From NCBI GenBank assembly GCA_965248355.1, contig OZ252098.1, forward strand, positions 3,904,001 to 3,968,000: a DNA stretch of 64,000 nt, in the 5' to 3' direction. Origin of the DNA: Candidatus Latescibacterota bacterium (lineage in GTDB: Bacteria; Latescibacterota; UBA2968; UBA8231). Positions 58,557 to 64,000 of the stretch are shown piece by piece. A program made the position numbers and the translations under genes. The notes beneath the pieces were generated by a model, which saw nothing but the letters and a program-made list of their open reading frames with translations, did not search any database and had not been told where the DNA came from. Each line of letters begins with the position of its first letter. Within the stretch, counting starts at the first letter, position 1.

Positions 58557-59320
58557 TGGGCAGGTACCTGACAGCGGCAGCCGCCGTCGTGATCGCGGCC
58601 ATCGTGGGGACCGCCTCCCCCGGGACCGCGGAGTTCTACTACCGCGGCGGGGTCGTCCTCGACTGGTCCGAGGAGACGCGGTTCCGCGACGTCGACTGCG
58701 CGAGTCAGTCCCCGGCCGCCCTCTACGGCTGCGGCGACGGGATCGACGGCGCCCCCCTGGGCGCGGCGGGGGACTTCCGCACCACCCCCGGAATCGAGCT
58801 CGGCGTCGGCCGCGGGCTGACCTCCTTCCTCCGTCTCGAGGCGGCGGCCCAGTACCGCCCCGGGCTCTCCTTCCGGGGGCGGTCCAATTTCGTGCAGACC
58901 CGGGGGATCCAGGCGGCCTCGGCCGAGCTATCCTCCCTCTCAGGTCTGCTCGCCGCCTACGTGGAGATGCCGGGCTTCGGCGCCGTCGCCCCCTTCCTCG
59001 GAGGCGGCGCCGGCCTGTCCCGCATCGCCATCGGCGACATGCGCCTGCGCTTCCGCAAGACGGATACCATCGTCCCGGGCCAAGGGCGGCTGGACCCCGT
59101 CTGGATGGTGACGGCGGGGGTGTCGGCGGGCCTGGGCGAGTGCTTCATCCTCGATATCGCCTGGCGGTACACGGAGTCCGGCGCCGTCGAGACCGGCCGC
59201 GGCCGGGGGCGGATCGTCTGGCGCGACGGCAGCCACGCGCCCGTGGAGCTCGGCCTGGCCGAGACCCGGGCGGACCTGTCGACCCGTGGACTGCGGGCCT
59301 CGGTGCGCTGGACCCTTTGA
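58556..59320 (+). CDS. Outer-membrane beta-barrel (opacity/OmpA-like) protein
   Basis: Signal peptide, PFLGGGAGLS, LDIAWRY, C-terminal beta strand. Confidence 0.7.
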   Translation: MGRYLTAAAAVVIAAIVGTASPGTAEFYYRGGVVLDWSEETRFRDVDCASQSPAALYGCGDGIDGAPLGAAGDFRTTPGIELGVGRGLTSFLRLEAAAQYRPGLSFRGRSNFVQTRGIQAASAELSSLSGLLAAYVEMPGFGAVAPFLGGGAGLSRIAIGDMRLRFRKTDTIVPGQGRLDPVWMVTAGVSAGLGECFILDIAWRYTESGAVETGRGRGRIVWRDGSHAPVELGLAETRADLSTRGLRASVRWTL

Positions 59321-59331
59321 AGGGAGACGGC

Positions 59332-59994
59332 ATGGCCCCCTTCTTCACCATCTACTTCGCCGGGGACCTCTTCGACCACAAGCATCTCACCGGCAACGCC
59401 ATCCTGGCCGAGGCGATCGAGGAGCACTCCCGGGGCCGGTATCTCTGCGTCGTGCCCCAGGATCTGGAGCAGTCCACGGAGCGCGCCGTCGACATCCGCA
59501 ACCAGGACCTGAAGCAGCTCATGGCCTGCGACCTGGGCCTGTTCAACTTCGACGGCACCGACCTGGACTCCGGCACGGTGGTGGAGTTCATGCTGGCCAA
59601 GATGCTGGACATCCCCTCCGTGATCCTGCGCTCCGACTTCCGCTCCTCCGGCGACCAGGACAAGGACGGCGACGACTGGAACCTGATGTGCTCCTTCTAT
59701 CCGCGCGTCCGGGTGGTCCGGTTCAACGCCATGACCTGGTACCAGCAGGCGATGGGGGATGCGGGAGGGGCGAGCGGCGCCTCGAGCCGCCTCTACGCCA
59801 GGATCGCCGCCGCCGTCATCGAGCAGCTCGACGCGGTGCGGGCCGAGCCGCCCGTCCTCGACGGCGGCGCCAGGCGCCAGGACGAGCTCTACCGCTGGGC
59901 GGCGCGCTTCCCGGGGGGCGGCTTCGAGGCCTGCTGCGGTGCTGGTTTCGTGGAGCAGGTGCTCGAGGCCAAGCGGCGGAAGAAGCTGCTCTGA
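59332..59994 (+). CDS. Nucleoside 2-deoxyribosyltransferase family protein
   Basis: IYFAG.LF, DSGTVVE and WNLM motifs. Confidence 0.8.
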   Translation: MAPFFTIYFAGDLFDHKHLTGNAILAEAIEEHSRGRYLCVVPQDLEQSTERAVDIRNQDLKQLMACDLGLFNFDGTDLDSGTVVEFMLAKMLDIPSVILRSDFRSSGDQDKDGDDWNLMCSFYPRVRVVRFNAMTWYQQAMGDAGGASGASSRLYARIAAAVIEQLDAVRAEPPVLDGGARRQDELYRWAARFPGGGFEACCGAGFVEQVLEAKRRKKLL

Positions 59995-59995
59995 G

Positions 59996-61111
59996 TCAGA
60001 CGTACTCGTCGTACAAAGATTCCAGCGCCGCGCACTGCACGGGAGCGTTGTAGCTCCCTTCCACGTGGCGGCGGCCTTCCCGCCCCATCTCCGGCCAGCG
60101 TCCCGGGTCCTCCACCAGGGCGCCGATGCACTCGGCCAGGGCCTCCACGTCGCCTTCGGGCGCCAGCAGGCCGCTGCGGCCGTCGATGACGTACTCGGGG
60201 ATGTCCGCGTGGCGGGTGGCCACCACCGGCAGGCCGGAGGCCTGGGCGTCCAGGAGCACCACGGGAGCCCCGCCCTCGCCGTCCCCGTCCTCGGCGGTGA
60301 GGCTGGCCTGGAGCAGCACGTGGCAGCGCGCCATCTCATCCAGGACCCGCGCGTAGGGCAGGGCGCCCAGGAGCCGCACCCGCTCCCCCAGGCCGGACCG
60401 CACTCGCGCCTCCAGGACCCGGGCTCTCTCCGGTCCGTCCCCGATGAGGATCACCTTGCAGGGAAAGGGGTGCCTCTGAAGCGCCCGGCCCACGGCCATG
60501 AGCGCCTGGGGGATGCCCTTCTTCTCCCGGAAGGAGGCGCAGATCAGGAAGCGCACCTCGTCCGCCGGCACCCGCGGCCGGAAGGGGATGCCCTCCACAT
60601 CCACCCCGAGGCGATGGACCCGCACCTTGTCGGGCGGGCAGCCGGCCTCCACCAGGCGCGCGCCCATGGCGTTTCCCTCCACCAGGACGGCCTCGGCCTC
60701 GTCGAAGAGCCGGCGGTAGCGCCGCAGCCAGCGCGGGTAGCGCAGGTAGCGGGTGCCGTCCTCGCCGTAGAAGCTGACCACCATGGGCAGGCCGGAGGCC
60801 CTCCGGGCGCGCCGGCAGAAGTGGCCCTGGTAGCCGAAGTGGGCGTGGATCAGGTGCGTCCCCTCCCGCTTCAGGAGCCCGCCGTAGAAGGGGTATTGGC
60901 CGGTCGTCTTGCGCACCAGCCGGTTCGCCCACCTGCGCGGGGCGGCCCAGGCGCCGGCGTCGTGGAGCGCCGCCACCGGGAAGCGGTCCAGGTTCTGCGT
61001 CTCCTGGGTGAGCACCACCGGCCGGTAGCGCCGCAGGTGGGTGATCTGGGCGTGGATCCAGCGCGCCGTGAGGGGCAGGTAGGGGGTGACGCAATGGGCC
61101 ACGGTCTTCAT
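59996..61111 (-). CDS. GT4 glycosyltransferase (WcaL-like)
   Basis: LIHAHFG, EKKG and DGEGGAPVVLLDAQASGLPVVATRH motifs. Confidence 0.9.
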   Translation of the reverse strand: MKTVAHCVTPYLPLTARWIHAQITHLRRYRPVVLTQETQNLDRFPVAALHDAGAWAAPRRWANRLVRKTTGQYPFYGGLLKREGTHLIHAHFGYQGHFCRRARRASGLPMVVSFYGEDGTRYLRYPRWLRRYRRLFDEAEAVLVEGNAMGARLVEAGCPPDKVRVHRLGVDVEGIPFRPRVPADEVRFLICASFREKKGIPQALMAVGRALQRHPFPCKVILIGDGPERARVLEARVRSGLGERVRLLGALPYARVLDEMARCHVLLQASLTAEDGDGEGGAPVVLLDAQASGLPVVATRHADIPEYVIDGRSGLLAPEGDVEALAECIGALVEDPGRWPEMGREGRRHVEGSYNAPVQCAALESLYDEYV

Positions 61112-61121
61112 GGCAACCGCG

Positions 61122-62018
61122 TCATCCGCCGTGCACGTCCCCCGAGGCGGGAGGCGGTCCCCCCTGCCCCCACGGCATCGGCATCGACGGCCGCTCCCCG
61201 TGGTGGTCGCCCCGCGGGGGCTTGGGGCGGGAGCTGAACTCCTCCACCCAGCGGGCCAGCTGCCGGGACGCCTCCTCGACGGCGGCCTTGCCCTTCTCGC
61301 GGCTGGCCAGGCTGGCCTCGCCGAGGACGCCGCTGTCCGAGTAGCTCGCCGTCCACGAGGTGACCTGGGCGGGGCTGGAGCCCAGCAGGTCGGTCCAGTG
61401 GAAATCGGACTCGTAGCGGTGGAAGGCGATCTCCCCGTCGGCGATGCGGTCCTCGCGGACGTTGTCGCCGTCGAGGTGGAGGTAGACGGAGGTCTCCAGC
61501 TCGCAGGCGTGGGAGCAGCCCCCCGGGAACCGGCTCTCGCGCCAGCCCTCCATGAAGGCGGGGTCCACGCCCAGCAGGCTCCACCAGCTGAGGAAGCTGC
61601 ATTCGGCATCGGTCTCCAGGTTCACGCGCCGGGCCGCCAGGTCGAGGTTGGGGGCGTTCGAGCCGTGGCCGTTGAGGAGAAGGATCTTCTTGAATCCGTG
61701 ATAGGCGAGGCTGCGGCCCACGTCGACGACGAACTTGATGAAGTGCTCCCAGTGGATGTTGATGGTGCCGGGGAAGTCCATCACGTGGGCCGTGTACCCG
61801 TGGACGATGGGCGGCATCACCAGCACCCGGTCGGGCATGAGGCGGGCGGCGGCGTGGGCCACGCCGGTGGGGCAGACCACGTCCACGTCGAGGGGCAGGT
61901 GGGGGCCGTGCTGCTCGGTGGAGCCGATGGGCGCGATCACCGGCTTGCCCGCGGCCACGGCCTCGTTGATCTCGGGCCAGGTGAGCTTCTCGTAACGCCA
62001 GGGTTCGGCTCGGGGCAT
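61122..62018 (-). CDS. Creatininase family amidohydrolase
   Basis: GSTEQHGPHLPLDVD, NGHGSN and HACELETS motifs. Confidence 0.92.
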   Translation of the reverse strand: MPRAEPWRYEKLTWPEINEAVAAGKPVIAPIGSTEQHGPHLPLDVDVVCPTGVAHAAARLMPDRVLVMPPIVHGYTAHVMDFPGTINIHWEHFIKFVVDVGRSLAYHGFKKILLLNGHGSNAPNLDLAARRVNLETDAECSFLSWWSLLGVDPAFMEGWRESRFPGGCSHACELETSVYLHLDGDNVREDRIADGEIAFHRYESDFHWTDLLGSSPAQVTSWTASYSDSGVLGEASLASREKGKAAVEEASRQLARWVEEFSSRPKPPRGDHHGERPSMPMPWGQGGPPPASGDVHGG

Positions 62019-62053
62019 GGGGGTCTCCTTGAGGCAGTCAGGGGTGCAGTCAA

Positions 62054-64000
62054 TCACTCCAACAACGCCTTCAACAAGGCGTCCGGCGTGTCGGAGTAGA
62101 ACTGGACATTGACGCGTGTCGCCATGTCGTCGGAAAGCTCGAACAGTTGTTTCCGTGCCGAAACGGGGATCAGCACCGTGTCGGCCCCTTTCTCGACCGA
62201 GGCTTCCACGATGCCCACGGCATTGGCCAAGGGTTCCACCGAGCCGCCCAGGTTCAGTGCACCGACTACGATGAGGCCGCCCTTGAGGCTCTTCTCCAGC
62301 AAGGCACCACAGAGCGCCAGCAACGCCGGCAGCCCGAGGGACGCGCCCAAACGGTCGTTGTCCATGGCGCGAAGTTGCACGGAGAATTCATGGGAGCGTG
62401 GATCCCGGTCTCCGACCAGTTCCCTCGCCCGGGTGTACAGGTTCTGCTCGGCGTACCTGGCACTCTCGCGGAATCCCTGGGGTGCGGGTGCGTTGAGGAT
62501 CCTGACCCCGCTGCCTCGGCCGACCGTGACCTCGAGGCGGTAGAGCGAAGGGCCCGTCTCCGGTCCGCCCGGACCGATTCCCCACACCTGGCCCGGCGGC
62601 AACGGATCCGGGTCGATGGCCTCGTCGCTATGCAGCTCCGGTGTGGCGACGAACTTTTCGATTCCGTCCTCGCCCATGGAGTAACTGAACTGGGTGGTGC
62701 GGAACTCGCTCTTGAACACGCGCTTCTGCTGCTCCTTGACTCTCCGGCGCGCTTCGAGCGCCATACGGACCAGTGATTCCAGCTCCTCGTCCGGCACGGG
62801 CATCTCCGGATCCGGGTACAGCAGCTTGAGCAGGCCGCTCACGGTCTTGTTGACCGCCGTGATGTCCCGTCCGCTCAGGGCGCCGCCGTAGTTCACCCTT
62901 CCTTGTAGCGCCGGAACCCGGCTGCCGGTGCGCAACTGGCTCCAGCACTCCGACAGGAAGTCGCTGACCAGGCCGAAGTGGACGGTGAAGTGCTCCCTGG
63001 GATTCAGCTTCGGGAAGTCCCATCCGGGAACGTAGGCGTGGATTCGGTCCATGAAGGCCGTATCGTCGCGCATGTCCGCGGACAGCGGGCTGAAGAGGTG
63101 ACCGACCCGTTGCTGATGCTCGACCTCCACATCGAGGTTGCCCACCATGGCGACGCCGCCCTCGGCCCGGATGCTCTCCTTGCCGCGCGAGAACTCGCCG
63201 GACTCCATGTAGCCCTTGAGGATGTTCACGCCGTCCTTCTGATCGAAGGAGACGCTGGCGATCTCGTCGAAGCAGACCACGTCGTACTGGCAGACGAGGC
63301 CGCGCTGTCCCGTGGCGTTGTTGACGAACATCTTGGCCACCGTCGCCTTGCCGCCGGAGATCAGGTGAGCGTAGGGAGAGATCTGCTGGAACAGGTGGCT
63401 CTTGCCGGTACCGCGCGGCCCCAGCTCGACCATGTTGTAGTTGCGCTCGACGAACGGCGTCATGCGGATGAGGGCGACCATCTGCGCCCGTTCGGAGAGT
63501 GCCGCCGGCTCCAGTCCGATACTGCGCAGGAGGAGTTGCTTCCACTCCTCGCTGGTGAAGTCCTGGCGGCCTCGCCGGAGGGTATCCAGAGAGTCGGCTT
63601 TCGAGAGCTGGATGGCTCGGAGGCCCTCTATCGCAAAGGGACGGCCATTCTTCTCCTGGGCGATGGCGGCGTCGTAGCCCAGCGTGACCTCGGCGTAGAA
63701 GCCATCGGTCAGCATGCGCTCGTGCTGCTTGACGAGCCCGTCGTCGATACGGACATCTTTGAGCGCGAGGCTTGGAAGTTCCGCAATGAGAGAATCCGTC
63801 TTGGCATCGAGCCTCGCCTTGACGATGTCGATCAGCTTGATGGAGCCTCGGTCCCGAGCCCGCGTCTTGAACAACTCTTCCTCGCCGGTCCGCACGGTGC
63901 GGTCGGCCAGCTGCCGCTCCACGATGGCGAGCCCCTCCTCGATTTCCCGCTCGTCCGTGGTGGCGCAGTAGCGGCCGAGCAGGAACTCCACGACGTAGGT
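62054..64000 (-). CDS. brxL: BREX-associated Lon-like AAA+ protein BrxL, 5'-partial
   Basis: TYVVEFLLGRYC, ELGPRGTGKS, VCFDE, GYMESGEFSRG, AFMDRIHAY and a Lon-like C-terminal domain. Confidence 0.9.
   Translation of the reverse strand, partial: TYVVEFLLGRYCATTDEREIEEGLAIVERQLADRTVRTGEEELFKTRARDRGSIKLIDIVKARLDAKTDSLIAELPSLALKDVRIDDGLVKQHERMLTDGFYAEVTLGYDAAIAQEKNGRPFAIEGLRAIQLSKADSLDTLRRGRQDFTSEEWKQLLLRSIGLEPAALSERAQMVALIRMTPFVERNYNMVELGPRGTGKSHLFQQISPYAHLISGGKATVAKMFVNNATGQRGLVCQYDVVCFDEIASVSFDQKDGVNILKGYMESGEFSRGKESIRAEGGVAMVGNLDVEVEHQQRVGHLFSPLSADMRDDTAFMDRIHAYVPGWDFPKLNPREHFTVHFGLVSDFLSECWSQLRTGSRVPALQGRVNYGGALSGRDITAVNKTVSGLLKLLYPDPEMPVPDEELESLVRMALEARRRVKEQQKRVFKSEFRTTQFSYSMGEDGIEKFVATPELHSDEAIDPDPLPPGQVWGIGPGGPETGPSLYRLEVTVGRGSGVRILNAPAPQGFRESARYAEQNLYTRARELVGDRDPRSHEFSVQLRAMDNDRLGASLGLPALLALCGALLEKSLKGGLIVVGALNLGGSVEPLANAVGIVEASVEKGADTVLIPVSARKQLFELSDDMATRVNVQFYSDTPDALLKALLE

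Noticed and set aside
1..64000. Alternative genetic code explaining the interrupted genes
   Set aside because: TAA, TAG and TGA all end genes normally, and most lesions are frameshifts or deletions.

Overview
High-GC bacterial accessory and catabolic region with no rRNA, tRNA or CRISPR array that I can see. It contains six PhyH-like dioxygenases, four intact enolase-superfamily genes, a sulfatase, glycosidase-like proteins, and four secreted WD40, VIT-vWA, vWA and FG-GAP proteins ending in an NxPNPFN (FlgD-Ig-like) domain. This content resembles sponge-associated Latescibacterota/Poribacteria-like bacteria (inference only). Also present: an IS256 element (44857-46280, 8-bp TSD) splitting a tandem glycosidase-like gene, cysS, two orphan hicB genes, an ABC-ATPase + PIN pair, and the 3' end of brxL. 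Many genes are eroded by internal deletions, frameshifts or stops. The main signal that the ORFs do not explain is a dispersed structured intergenic repeat family: 10 full or partial copies, up to ~320 bp, all on the + strand. It has a ~50-bp imperfect inverted repeat with compensatory changes, G.A-mismatch hairpins with variable loops and modular deletion derivatives. Two copies 12 kb apart carry the same ilvD leader and start codons, and no cognate mobilising enzyme lies in the window.
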